Assembly (NCBI GenBank): GCA_964016885.1
Contig: OZ024740.1
Coordinates: 430,156,001 to 430,220,000 of the forward strand
Source of the DNA: Eledone cirrhosa
Taxonomy: Eukaryota
Length of the DNA: 64,000 nucleotides
Direction: 5' to 3'
The notes beneath the pieces are model-generated. The model did no database searches. It saw only the letters and a program-made list of their open reading frames with translations, and was not told the DNA's origin. Made by a program: the position numbers and the translations under genes. Numbering within the stretch: the first letter of the stretch is position 1; each line of letters starts with the position of its first letter. This document shows, piece after piece, positions 1 through 15,000 of the stretch.

Positions 1-3000
1 ATGTACAATAACATGTGGAGGATATGAGACAGGAGTTTCTGACAGTAATGTCTACCACCAAAGTTACCTTGGTGTAGGTGGTGCCAGATACATAATAACA
101 TGTGGAGGAGGTGAGACAGGAGTTTCTGACAGAAATGTCTACCACCAAAGTTACATTGGTGTAGGTGGTGCCAGATGTACAATAACATGTGGAGGAGGGG
201 AGACAGGAGTTTCTGACAGTAATGTCTACCACCAAAGTTACCTTGGTGTAGTTGGTGCCAGATACATAATAACATGTGGAGGAGGTGAGACAGGAGTTTC
301 TGACAGTAATGTCTACCACCAAAGTTACCTTGGTGTAGGTGGTGCCAGATACATAATAACATGTGGAGGAGGTGAGACAGGAGTTTCTGACAGTAATGTC
401 TACCACCAAAGTTACCTTGGTGTAGGTGGTGCCAGATGTACAATAACATGTGGAGAAGGTGAGACAGGAGTTTCTGACAGTAATGTCTACCACCAAAGTT
501 ACCTTGGTGTAGGTGGTGCCAGATGTAGAATAACATATGGAGGAGGTGAGACAGGAGTTTCTGACAGTAATATCTACCACCAAAGTTACCTTCATGTAGG
601 TGGTGCCAGATGTACAATAACATGTGGAGGAGGTGAGACAGGAGTTTCTGACAGTAATGTCTACCACCAAAGTTACCTTGGTGTAGGTGGTGCCAGATGT
701 ACAATAACACGTGGAGGAGGTGAGACAGGAGTTTCTGACAGTAATGTCTACCACCAAAGTTACCTTGGTGTAGGTGGTGCCAGATGTACAATAACACGTG
801 GAGGAGGTGAGACAGGAGTTTCTGACAGTAATGTCTTCCACCAAAGTTATCTTGGTGTAGGTGGTGCCAGATACACAATAACATGTGGAGGAGGTGAGAC
901 AGGAGTTTCTGACAGTAATGTCTACCACCAAAGTTACCTTGGTGTAGGTGGTGCCAGATGTAGAATAACATATGGAGGAGGTGAGACAGGAGTTTCTGAC
1001 AGTAATGTCTACCACCAAAGTTACCTTGGTGTAGGTGGTGCCAGATGTACAATAACATGTGGAGGAGGTGAGACAGGATTTTCTGACAGTAATGTCTACC
1101 ACCAAAGTTACCTTGGTGTAGGTGGTGCCAGATGTACAATAACACGTGGAGGAGGTGAGACAGGAGTTTCTGACAGTAATGTCTACCCCCAAAGTTACCT
1201 TGGTGTAGGTGGTGCCAGATGTACAATAACATATGGAGGAGGTGAGACAGGAGTTTCTGACAGTAATGTCTTCCACCAAAGTTACCTTGGTGTAGGTGGT
1301 GCCAGATACACAATAACATGTGGAGGAGGTGAGACAGGAGTGTCTGACTGTAATGTGTACCACCAAAGTTACCTTGGTGTAGGTGGTGCCAGATGTACAA
1401 CATGTGGAGGAGGTGAGACAGGAGTTTCTGACAGTAATGTCTACCACCAAACTTACCTTGGTGTAGGTGGTGCCAGATACATAATAACATATGGAGGAGG
1501 TGAGACAGGAGTTTCTGACAGTAATGTCTACCACCAAAGTTACCCTGGTGTAGGTGGTGCCAGATGTACAATAACACGTGGAGGAGGTGAGACAGGAGTT
1601 TCTGACAGTAATGTCTACCACCAAAGTTACCTTGGTGTAGGTAGTGCCAGATACATAATAACATATGGAGGAGGTGAGACAGGGGTTTCTGACAGTAATG
1701 TCTACCACCAAAGTTACCTTGGTGTAGGTGGTGCCAGATACATAATAACATATGGAGGAGGTGAGACAGGAGTTTCTGACAGTAATGTCTACCACCAAAG
1801 TTACCTTGGTGTAGGTGGTGCCAGATACATAATAACATGTGGAGGAGGTGAGACAGGAGTTTCTGACAGTAATGTCTACCACCAAAGTTACCTTGGTGTA
1901 GGTGGTGCCAGATGTACAACAACATGTGGAGGAGGTGAGACAGGAGTTTCTGACAGTAATGTCTACCACCAAAGTTACCTTGGTGTAGGTAGTGCCAGAT
2001 ACATAATAACATGTGGAGGACGTGAGACAGGAGTTTCTGACTGTAATGTCTACCACCTAAGTTACCTTAGTGTAGGTGGTGCCAGATACACAATAACATG
2101 TGGAGGAGGTGAGACAGGAGTTTCTGACTGTAATGTCTACCACCAAAGTTACCTTGGTGTAGGTGGTGCCAGATACATAATAACATGTGGAGGAGGTGAG
2201 ACAGGAGTTTCTGACAGTAATGTCTTCCAAAGTTACCTTGGTGTAGGTGGTGCCAGATACACAATAACATGTGGAGGATGTGAGACAGGAGTTTCTGACA
2301 GTAATGTCTACCACCAAAATTACCTTGGTGTAGGTGGTGCCTGATGTACAATAACATGTGGAGGATATGAGACAGGAGTTTCTGACAGTAATGTCTACCA
2401 CCAAAGTTACCTTGGTGTAGGTGGTGCCAGATACATAATAACATGTGGAGGAGGTGAGACAGGAGTTTCTGACAGAAATGTCTACCACCAAAGTTACATT
2501 GGTGTAGGTGGTGCCAGATGTACAATAACATGTGGAGGAGGGGAGACAGGAGTTTCTGACAGTAATGTCTACCACCAAAGTTACCTTGGTGTAGTTGGTG
2601 CCAGATACATAATAACATGTGGAGGAGGTGAGACAGGAGTTTCTGACAGTAATGTCTACCACCAAAGTTACCTTGGTGTAGGTGGTGCCAGATGTACAAT
2701 AACATGTGGAGGAGGTGAGACAGGAGTTTCTGACAGTAATGTCTACCACCAAAGTTACCTTGGTGTAGGTGGTGCCAGATACATAATAACATGTGGAGGA
2801 GGTGAGACAGGAGTTTCTGACTGTAATGTCTACCACCTAAGTTACCTTAGTGTAGGTGGTGCCAGATACACAATAACATGTGGAGGAGGTGAGACAGGAG
2901 TTTCTGACTGTAATGTCTACCACCAAAGTTACCTTGGTGTAGGTGGTGCCAGATACATAATAACATGTGGAGGAGGTGAGACAGGAGCTTCTGACAGTAA

Positions 3001-6000
3001 TGTCTTCCAAAGTTACCTTGGTGTAGGTGGTGCCAGATACACAATAACATGTGGAGGATGTGAGACAGGAGTTTCTGACAGTAATGTCTACCACCAAAAT
3101 TACCTTGGTGTAGGTGGTGCCTGATGTACAATAACATGTGGAGGATATGAGACAGGAGTTTCTGACAGTAATGTCTACCACCAAAGTTACCTTGGTGTAG
3201 GTGGTGCCAGATACATAATAACATGTGGAGGAGGTGAGACAGGAGTTTCTGACAGAAATGTCTACCACCAAAGTTACATTGGTGTAGGTGGTGCCAGATG
3301 TACAATAACATGTGGAGGAGGGGAGACAGGAGTTTCTGACAGTAATGTCTACCACCAAAGTTACCTTGGTGTAGTTGGTGCCAGATACATAATAACATGT
3401 GGAGGAGGTGAGACAGGAGTTTCTGACAGTAATGTCTACCACCAAAGTTACCTTGGTGTAGGTGGTGCCAGATGTACAATAACATGTGGAGGAGGTGAGA
3501 CAGGAGTTTCTGACAGTAATGTCTACCACCAAAGTTACCTTGGTGTAGGTGGTGCCAGATGTACAATAACATGTGGAGAAGGTGAGACAGGAGTTTCTGA
3601 CAGTAATGTCTACCACCAAAGTTACCTTGGTGTAGGTGGTGCCAGATGTAGAATAACATATGGAGGAGGTGAGACAGGAGTTTCTGACAGTAATATCTAC
3701 CACCAAAGTTACCTTCATGTAGGTGGTGCCAGATGTACAATAACATGTGGAGGAGGTGAGACAGGAGTTTCTGACAGTAATGTCTACCACCAAAGTTACC
3801 TTGGTGTAGGTGGTGCCAGATGTACAATAACACGTGGAGGAGGTGAGACAGGAGTTTCTGACAGTAATGTCTACCACCAAAGTTACCTTGGTGTAGGTGG
3901 TGCCAGATGTACAATAACACGTGGAGGAGGTGAGACAGGAGTTTCTGACAGTAATGTCTTCCACCAAAGTTATCTTGGTGTAGGTGGTGCCAGATACACA
4001 ATAACATGTGGAGGAGGTGAGACAGGAGTTTCTGACAGTAATGTCTACCACCAAAGTTACCTTGGTGTAGGTGGTGCCAGATGTACAACAACATGTGGAG
4101 GAGGTGAGACAGGAGTTTCTGACAGTAATGTCTACCACCAAAGTTACCTTGGTGTAGGTGGTGCCAGATACATATTAACATATGGAGGAGGTGAGACAGG
4201 AGTTTCTGACAGTAATGTCTACCACCAAAGTTACCCTGGTGTAGGTGGTGCCAGATGTACAATAACACGTGGAGGAGGTGAGACAGGAGTTTCTGACAGT
4301 AATGTCTACCACCAAAGTTACCTTGGTGTAGGTGGTGCCAGATGTACAACAACATGTGGAGGAGGTGAGACAGGAGTTTCTGACAGTAATGTCTACCACC
4401 AAAGTTACCTTGGTGTAGGTGGTGCCAGATACATATTAACATATGGAGGAGGTGAGACAGGAGTTTCTGACAGTAATGTCTACCACCAAAGTTACCCTGG
4501 TGTAGGTGGTGCCAGATGTACAATAACACGTGGAGGAGGTGAGACAGGAGTTTCTGACAGTAATGTCTACCACCAAAGTTACCTTGGTGTAGGTGGTGCC
4601 AGATACATAATAACATGTGGAGGAGGTGAGACAGGAGTTTCTGACAGTAATGTCTACCACCAAAGTTACCTTGCTGTAGGTGGTGCCAGATGTACAATAA
4701 CATATGGAGGAGGTGAGACAGGAGTTTCTGACAGTAATGTCTACCACCAAAGTTACCTTGGTGTAGGTGGTGCCAGATACATAATAACATGTGGAGGAGG
4801 TGAGACAGGAGTTTCTGACTGTAATGTCTACCACCTAAGTTACCTTAGTGTAGGTGGTGCCAGATACACAATAACATGTGGAGGAGGTGAGACAGGAGTT
4901 TCTGACTGTAATGTCTACCACCAAAGTTACCTTGGTGTAGGTGGTGCCAGATACATAATAACATGTGGAGGAGGTGAGACAGGAGTTTCTGACAGTAATG
5001 TCTTCCAAAGTTACCTTGGTGTAGGTGGTGCCAGATACACAATAACATGTGGAGGATGTGAGACAGGAGTTTCTGACAGTAATGTCTACCACCAAAATTA
5101 CCTTGGTGTAGGTGGTGCCTGATGTACAATAACATGTGGAGGATATGAGACAGGAGTTTCTGACAGTAATGTCTACCACCAAAGTTACCTTGGTGTAGGT
5201 GGTGCCAGATACATAATAACATGTGGAGGAGGTGAGACAGGAGTTTCTGACAGAAATGTCTACCACCAAAGTTACATTGGTGTAGGTGGTGCCAGATGTA
5301 CAATAACATGTGGAGGAGGGGAGACAGGAGTTTCTGACAGTAATGTCTACCACCAAAGTTACCTTGGTGTAGTTGGTGCCAGATACATAATAACATGTGG
5401 AGGAGGTGAGACAGGAGTTTCTGACAGTAATGTCTACCACCAAAGTTACCTTGGTGTAGGTGGTGCCAGATGTACAATAACATGTGGAGGAGGTGAGACA
5501 GGAGTTTCTGACAGTAATGTCTACCACCAAAGTTACCTTGGTGTAGGTGGTGCCAGATACATAATAACATGTGGAGGAGGTGAGACAGGAGTTTCTGACT
5601 GTAATGTCTACCACCTAAGTTACCTTAGTGTAGGTGGTGCCAGATACACAATAACATGTGGAGGAGGTGAGACAGGAGTTTCTGACTGTAATGTCTACCA
5701 CCAAAGTTACCTTGGTGTAGGTGGTGCCAGATACATAATAACATGTGGAGGAGGTGAGACAGGAGTTTCTGACAGTAATGTCTTCCAAAGTTACCTTGGT
5801 GTAGGTGGTGCCAGATACACAATAACATGTGGAGGATGTGAGACAGGAGTTTCTGACAGTAATGTCTACCACCAAAATTACCTTGGTGTAGGTGGTGCCT
5901 GATGTACAATAACATGTGGAGGATATGAGACAGGAGTTTCTGACAGTAATGTCTACCACCAAAGTTACCTTGGTGTAGGTGGTGCCAGATACATAATAAC

Positions 6001-9000
6001 ATGTGGAGGAGGTGAGACAGGAGTTTCTGACAGAAATGTCTACCACCAAAGTTACATTGGTGTAGGTGGTGCCAGATGTACAATAACATGTGGAGGAGGG
6101 GAGACAGGAGTTTCTGACAGTAATGTCTACCACCAAAGTTACCTTGGTGTAGTTGGTGCCAGATACATAATAACATGTGGAGGAGGTGAGACAGGAGTTT
6201 CTGACAGTAATGTCTACCACCAAAGTTACCTTGGTGTAGGTGGTGCCAGATGTACAATAACATGTGGAGGAGGTGAGACAGGAGTTTCTGACAGTAATGT
6301 CTACCACCAAAGTTACCTTGGTGTAGGTGGTGCCAGATGTACAATAACATGTGGAGAAGGTGAGACAGGAGTTTCTGACAGTAATGTCTACCACCAAAGT
6401 TACCTTGGTGTAGGTGGTGCCAGATGTAGAATAACATATGGAGGAGGTGAGACAGGAGTTTCTGACAGTAATATCTACCACCAAAGTTACCTTGATGTAG
6501 GTGGTGCCAGATACATATTAACATATGGAGGAGGTGAGACAGGAGTTTCTGACAGTAATGTCTACCACCAAAGTTACCCTGGTGTAGGTGGTGCCAGATG
6601 TACAATAACACGTGGAGGAGGTGAGACAGGAGTTTCTGACAGTAATGTCTACCACCAAAGTTACCTTGGTGTAGGTGGTGCCAGATACACAATAACATGT
6701 GGAGGGGGTGAGACAGGAGTTTCTGACAGTAATGTCTACCACCAAAGTTACCTTGGTGTAGGTGGTGCCAGATGTACAATAACATGTGGAGGAGGTGAGA
6801 CAGGAGTTTCTGACAGTAATGTCTACCACCAAAGTCACCTTGGTGTAGGTGGTGCCAGATACACAATAACATATGGAGGAGGTGAGACAGGAGTCTCTGA
6901 CAGTAATGTCTACCACCAAAGTTACCTTGGTGTAGGTGGTGCCAGATACATAATAACATGTGGAGGAGGTGAGACAGGAGTTTCTGACTGTAATGTCTAC
7001 CACCAAAGTTACCTTGGTGTAGGTGGTGCCAGATACACAATAACATGTGGAGGAGGTGAGACAGGAGTTTCTGACTGTAATGTCTACCACCAAAGTTACC
7101 TTGGTGTAGGTGGTGCCAGATACATAATAACATGTGGAGGAGGTGAGACAGGAGATTCTGACTGTAATATCTACCACCAAACTTACCTTGGTGTAGGTGG
7201 TGCCAGATACATAATAACATGTGGAGGAGGTGAGACAGGAGTTTCTGACAGTAATGTCTTCCAAAGTTACCTTGGTGTAGGTGGTGCCAGATACACAATA
7301 ACATGTGGAGGAGGTGAGACAGGAGTTTCTGACAGTAATGTCTACCACCAAAGTTACCTTGGTGTAGGTGGTGCCAGATACACAATAACATGTGGAGGAG
7401 GTGAGGCAGGAGATTCTGACAGTAATGTCTACCACCAAAGTTACCTTGGTGTAGGTGGTGCCAGATACACAATAACATATGGAGGAGGTGAGACAGGAGT
7501 TTCTGACAGTAATGTCTACCACCAATGTTACCTTGGTGTAGGTGGTGCCAGATACATAATAACATATGGAGGAGGTGAGACAGGAGTTTCTGACAGTAAT
7601 GTCTACCACCAAAGTTACCTTGGTGTAGGTGGTGCCAGATACATAATAACATGTGGAGGAGGTGAGACAGGAGTTTCTGACAGTAATGTCTACCACCAAA
7701 GTTACATTGATGTAGGTGGTGCCAGAAACATAATAACATGTGTAGGAGGTGAGACGGGAGTTTCTGACAGTAATGTCTACCACCAAAGTTACCTTGGTGT
7801 AGGTGGTGCCAGAAACATAATAACATGTGTAGGAGGTGAGACGGGAGTTTCTGACAGTAATGTCTACCACCAAAGTTACCTTGGTGTAGGTGGTGCCAGA
7901 TACATAATAACATGTGGAGGAGGTGAGACAGGAGTTTCTGACAGTAATGTCTACCACCAAAGTTACCTTGGTGTAGGTGGTGCCAGATGTACAATAACAT
8001 GTGGAGAAGGTGAGACAGGAGTTTCTGACAGTAATGTCTACCACCAAAGTTACCTTGGTGTAGGTGGTGCCAGATACACAATAACATGTGGAGGGGGTGA
8101 GACAGGAGTTTCTGACAGTAATGTCTACCACCAAAGTTACCTTGGTGTAGGTGGTGCCAGATGTACAATAACATGTGGAGGAGGTGAGACAGGAGTTTCT
8201 GACAGTAATGTCTACCACCAAAGTCACCTTGGTGTAGGTGGTGCCAGATACACAATAACATATGGAGGAGGTGAGACAGGAGTCTCTGACAGTAATGTCT
8301 ACCACCAAAGTTACCTTGGTGTAGGTGGTGCCAGATACATAATAACATGTGGAGGAGGTGAGACAGGAGTTTCTGACTGTAATGTCTACCACCAAAGTTA
8401 CCTTGGTGTAGGTGGTGCCAGATACACAATAACATGTGGAGGAGGTGAGACAGGAGTTTCTGACTGTAATGTCTACCACCAAAGTTACCTTGGTGTAGGT
8501 GGTGCCAGATACATAATAACATGTGGAGGAGGTGAGACAGGAGATTCTGACTGTAATATCTACCACCAAACTTACCTTGGTGTAGGTGGTGCCAGATACA
8601 TAATAACATGTGGAGGAGGTGAGACAGGAGTTTCTGACAGTAATGTCTTCCAAAGTTACCTTGGTGTAGGTGGTGCCAGATACACAATAACATGTGGAGG
8701 AGGTGAGACAGGAGTTTCTGACAGTAATGTCTACCACCAAAGTTACCTTGGTGTAGGTGGTGCCAGATACACAATAACATGTGGAGGAGGTGAGGCAGGA
8801 GTTTCTGACAGTAATGTCTACCACCAAAGTTACCTTGGTGTAGGTGGTGCCAGATACACAATAACATATGGAGGAGGTGAGACAGGAGTTTCTGACAGTA
8901 ATGTCTACCACCAATGTTACCTTGGTGTAGGTGGTGCCAGATACATAATAACATATGGAGGAGGTGAGACAGGAGTTTCTGACAGTAATGTCTACCACCA

Positions 9001-12000
9001 AAGTTACCTTGGTGTAGGTGGTGCCAGATACATAATAACATGTGGAGGAGGTGAGACAGGAGTTTCTGACAGTAATGTCTACCACCAAAGTTACATTGAT
9101 GTAGGTGGTGCCAGAAACATAATAACATGTGTAGGAGGTGAGACGGGAGTTTCTGACAGTAATGTCTACCACCAAAGTTACCTTGGTGTAGGTGGTGCCA
9201 GAAACATAATAACATGTGTAGGAGGTGAGACGGGAGTTTCTGACAGTAATGTCTACCACCAAAGTTACCTTGGTGTAGGTGGTGCCAGATACATAATAAC
9301 ATGTGGAGGAGGTGAGACAGGAGTTTCTGACAGTAATGTCTACCACCAAAGTTACCTTGGTGTAGGTGGTGCCAGATGTACAATAACATGTGGAGAAGGT
9401 GAGACAGGAGTTTCTGACAGTAATGTCTACCACCAAAGTTACCTTGGTGTAGGTGGTGCCAGATGTAGAATAACATATGGAGGAGGTGAGACAGGAGTTT
9501 CTGACAGTAATGTCTACCACCAAAGTTACCTTGGTGTAGGTGGTGCCAGATACACAATAACATGTGGAGGAGGTGAGACGGGATTTTCTGACAGTAATGT
9601 CTACCACCAAAGTTACCTTGATGTAGGTGGTGCCAGATGTACAATAACATATGGAGGAGGTGAGACAGGATTTTCTGACAGTAATGTCTACCACCAAAGT
9701 TACCTTGGTGTAGGTGGTGCCAGATGTACAATAACACGTGGAAGAGGTGAGACAGGAGTTTCTGACAGTAATGTCTACCCCCAAAGTTACCTTGGTGTAG
9801 GTGGTGCCAGATGTACAATAACATATGGAGGAGGTGAGACAGGAGTTTCTGACAGTAATGTCTTCCACCAAAGTTACCTTGGTGTAGGTGGTGCCAGATA
9901 CACAATAACATGTGGAGGAGGTGAGACAGGAGTTTCTGACTGTAATGTGTACCACCAAAGTTACCTTGGTGTAGGTGGTGCCAGATGTACAACAACATGT
10001 GGAGGAGGTGAGACAGGAGTTTCTGACAGTAATGTCTACCACCAAACTTACCTTGGTGTAGGTGGTGCCAGATACATAATAACATATGGAGGAGGTGAGA
10101 CAGGAGTTTCTGACAGTAATGTCTACCACCAAAGTTACCCTGGTGTAGGTGGTGCCAGATGTACAATAACACGTGGAGGAGGTGAGACAGGAGTTTCTGA
10201 CAGTAATGTCTACCACCAAAGTTACCTTGGTGTAGGTAGTGCCAGATACATAATAACATATGGAGGAGGTGAGACAGGGGTTTCTGACAGTAATGTCTAC
10301 CACCAAAGTTACCTTGGTGTAGGTGGTGCCAGATACATAATAACATATGGAGGAGGTGAGACAGGAGTTTCTGACAGTAATGTCTACCACCAAAGTTACC
10401 TTGGTGTAGGTGGTGCCAGATACATAATAACATGTGGAGGAGGTGAGACATGAGTTTCTGACAGTAATGTCTACCACCAAAGTTACCTTGGTGTAGGTGG
10501 TGCCAGATGTACAACAACATGTGGAAGAGGTGAGACAGGAGTTTCTGACAGTAATGTCTACCACCAAAGTTACCTTGGTGTAGGTGGTTCCAGATACACA
10601 ATAACATGTGGAGGAGGTGAGACAGGAGTTTCTGACAGTAATGTCTACCACCAAAGTTACCTTGGTGTAGGTGGTGCCAGATGTACAATAACATATGGAG
10701 GAGGTGAGACAGGAGTTTCTGATAGTAATGTCTACCACCAAAGTTACCTTGGTGTAGGTGGTGCCAGATACACAATAACATATGGAGGAGGTGAGACAGG
10801 ATTCTCTGACAGTAATGTCTACCACCAAAGTTACCTTGGTGATAGTGGTGCCAGATACATAATAACATGTGGAGGAGGTGAGACAGGAGTTTCTGACTGT
10901 AATGTCTACCACCTAAGTTACCTTAGTGTAGGTGGTGCCAGATACACAATAACATGTGGAGGAGGTGAGACAGGAGTTTCTGACTGTAATGTCTACCACC
11001 AAAGTTACCTTGGTGTAGGTGGTGCCAGATACATAATAACATGTGGAGGAGGTGAGACAGGAGTTTCTGACAGTAATGTCTTCCAAAGTTACCTTGGTGT
11101 AGGTGGTGCCAGATACACAATAACATGTGGAGGATGTGAGACAGGAGTTTCTGACAGTAATGTCTACCACCAAAATTACCTTGGTGTAGGTGGTGCCTGA
11201 TGTACAATAACATGTGGAGGATATGAGACAGGAGTTTCTGACAGTAATGTCTACCACCAAAGTTACCTTGGTGTAGGTGGTGCCAGATACATAATAACAT
11301 GTGGAGGAGGTGAGACAGGAGTTTCTGACAGAAATGTCTACCACCAAAGTTACATTGGTGTAGGTGGTGCCAGATGTACAATAACATGTGGAGGAGGGGA
11401 GACAGGAGTTTCTGACAGTAATGTCTACCACCAAAGTTACCTTGGTGTAGTTGGTGCCAGATACATAATAACATGTGGAGGAGGTGAGACAGGAGTTTCT
11501 GACAGTAATGTCTACCACCAAAGTTACCTTGGTGTAGGTGGTGCCAGATGTACAATAACATGTGGAGGAGGTGAGACAGGAGTTTCTGACAGTAATGTCT
11601 ACCACCAAAGTTACCTTGGTGTAGGTGGTGCCAGATACATAATAACATGTGGAGGAGGTGAGACAGGAGTTTCTGACTGTAATGTCTACCACCTAAGTTA
11701 CCTTAGTGTAGGTGGTGCCAGATACACAATAACATGTGGAGGAGGTGAGACAGGAGTTTCTGACTGTAATGTCTACCACCAAAGTTACCTTGGTGTAGGT
11801 GGTGCCAGATACATAATAACATGTGGAGGAGGTGAGACAGGAGTTTCTGACAGTAATGTCTTCCAAAGTTACCTTGGTGTAGGTGGTGCCAGATACACAA
11901 TAACATGTGGAGGATGTGAGACAGGAGTTTCTGACAGTAATGTCTACCACCAAAATTACCTTGGTGTAGATGGTGCCAGATGTACAATAACATGTGGAGG

Positions 12001-15000
12001 AGGGGAGACAGGAGTTTCTGACAGTAATGTCTACCACCAAAGTTACCTTGGTGTAGGTGGTGCCAGATACATATTAACATATGGAGGAGGTGAGACAGGA
12101 GTTTCTGACAGTAATGTCTACCACCAAAGTTACCCTGGTGTAGGTGGTGCCAGATGTACAATAACACGTGGAGGAGGTGAGACAGGAGTTTCTGACAGTA
12201 ATGTCTACCACCAAAGTTACCTTGGTGTAGGTGGTCCCAGATGTACAATAACATATGGAGGAGGTGAGACAGGAGTTTCTGACAGTAATGTCTACCACCA
12301 AAGTTACCTTGGTGTAGGTGGTGCCAGATACACAATAACATGTGGAGGAGGTGAGACAGGAGTTTCTGACAGTAATGTCTTCCACCAAAGTTATCTTGGT
12401 GTAGGTGGTGCCAGATACATAATAACATGTGGAGGAGGTGAGACAGGAGTTTCTGACAATAATGTCTACCACCAAAGTTACCTTGGTGTAGGTGGTGCCA
12501 GATACATAATAACATGTGGAGGAGGTGAGACAGGAGTTTCTGACAGTAATGTCTACCACCAAAGTTACCTTGGTGTAGGTGGTGCCAGATGTACAATAAC
12601 ATATGGAGGAGGTGAGACAGGAGTTTCTGACAGTAATGTCTACCACCAAAGTTACCTTGGTATAGGTGGTGCCAGATACATAATAACAGATGGAGGAGGT
12701 GAGACAGGAGTTTCTGACAGTAATGTCTACCACCAAAGTTACCTTGGTGTAGGTGGTGCCAGATGTACAACAACATGTGGAGGAGGTGAGACAGGAGTTT
12801 CTGACAGTAATGTCTACCACCAAAGTTACCTTGATGTAGGTGGTGCCAGATGTACAATAACATGTGGAGGAGGTGAGACAGGAGTTTCTGACAGTAATGT
12901 CTACCACCAAAGTTACCTTGGTGTATGTGGTGCCAGATACATAATAACATATGGAGGAGGTGAGACAGAAGTTTCTGACAGTAATGTCTACCACCAAAGT
13001 TACCTTGGTGTAGGTGGTGCCAGATGTACAATAACACGTGGAGGAGGTGAGACAGGAGTTTCTGACTGTAATGTCTACCACCAAAGTTACCTTGGTGTAG
13101 GTGGTGCCAGATACATAATAACATGTGGAGGAGGTGAGACAGGAGTTTCTGACAGTAATGTCTACCACCAAAGTTACCTTGGTGTAGGTGGTGCCAGATA
13201 CACAATAACATGTGGAGGAGGTGAGACAGGAGTTTCTGACAGTAATGTCTACCACCAAAGTTACCTTGGTGTAGGTGGTGCCAGATACACAATAACATGT
13301 GGAGGAGGTGGGGCAGGAGTTTCTGACAGTAATGTCTACCACCAAAGTTACCTTGGTGTAGGTGGTGCCAGATACATAATAACATATGGAGGAGGTGAGA
13401 CAGGAGTTTCTGACAGTAATGTCTACCACCAAAGTTACATTGGTGTAGGTGGTGCCAGATGTACAATAACATGTGGAGGAGGTGAGACAGGAGTTTCTGA
13501 CAGTAATGTCTACCACCAAAGTTACCTTGGTGTAGGTGGTGCCAGATACATAATAACATGTGGAGGAGGTGACACAGGAGTTTCTGACAGTAATGTCTAC
13601 CACCAAAATTACCTTGGTGTAGGTGGTGCCAGATGTACAATAACATGTGGAGGAGGTGAGACAGGAGTTCCTGACAGTAATGTCTACCACCAAAGTTACC
13701 TTGGTGTAGGTGGTGCCAGATACATAATAACATGTGGAGGAGGTGAGACAGGAGTTTCTGACAGAAATGTCTACCACCAAAGTTACCTTGGTGTAGGTGG
13801 TGCCAGATGTACAATAACATGTGGAGGAGGTGAGACAGGAGTTTCTGACAGTAATGTCTACCACCAAAGTTACCTTGGTGTAGTTGGTGCCAGATACATA
13901 ATAACATGTGGAGGAGGTGAGACAGGAGTTTCTGACAGTAATGTCTACCACCAAAGTTACCTTGGTGTAGGTGGTGCCAGATGTACAATAACATGTGGAG
14001 AAGGTGAGACAGGAGTTTCTGACAGTAATGTCTACCACCAAAGTTACCTTGGTGTAGGTGGTGCCAGATGTAGAATAACATATGGAGGAGGTGAGACAGG
14101 AGTTTCTGACAGTAATGTCTACCACCAAAGTTACCTTGATGTAGGTGGTGCCAGATGTACAATAACATGTGGAGGAGGTGAGACAGGAGTTTCTGACAGT
14201 AATGTCTACCACCAAAGTTACCTTGGTGTAGGTGGTGCCAGATGTACAATAACACGTGGAGGAGGTGAGACAGGAGTTTCTGACAGTAATGTCTACCACC
14301 AAAGTTACCTTGGTGTAGGTGGTGCCAGATGTACAACAACATGTGGAGGAGGTGAGACAGGAGTTTCTGACAGTAATGTCTACCACCAAAGTTACCTTGG
14401 TGTAGGTGGTGCCAGATACATAATAACATATGGAGGAGGTGAGACAGGAGTTTCTGACAGTAATGTCTACCACCAAAGTTACCCTGGTGTAGGTGGTGCC
14501 AGATGTACAATAAGACGTGGAGGAGGTGAGACAGGAGTTTCTGACAGTAATGTCTACCACCAAAGTTACCTTGGTGTAGGTGGTCCCAGATGTACAATAA
14601 CATATGGAGGAGGTGAGACAGGAGTTTCTGACAGTAATGTCTACCACCAAAGTTACCTTGGTGTAGGTGGTACCAGAAACACAATAACATGTGGAGGAGG
14701 TGAGACAGGAGTTTCTGACAGTAATGTCTTCCACCAAAGTTATCTTGGTGTAGGTGGTGCCAGATACATAATAACATATGGAGGAGGTGAGACAGGAGTT
14801 TCTGACAATAACGTCTACCACCAAAGTTACCTTGGTGTAGGTGGTGCCAGATACATAATAACATGTGGAGGAGGTGAGACAGGAGTTTCTGACAGTAATG
14901 TCTACCACCAAAGTTACCTTGGTGTAGGTGGTGCCAGATGTACAACAACATGTGGAGGAGGTGAGACAGGAGTTTCTGACAGTAATGTCTACCACCTAAG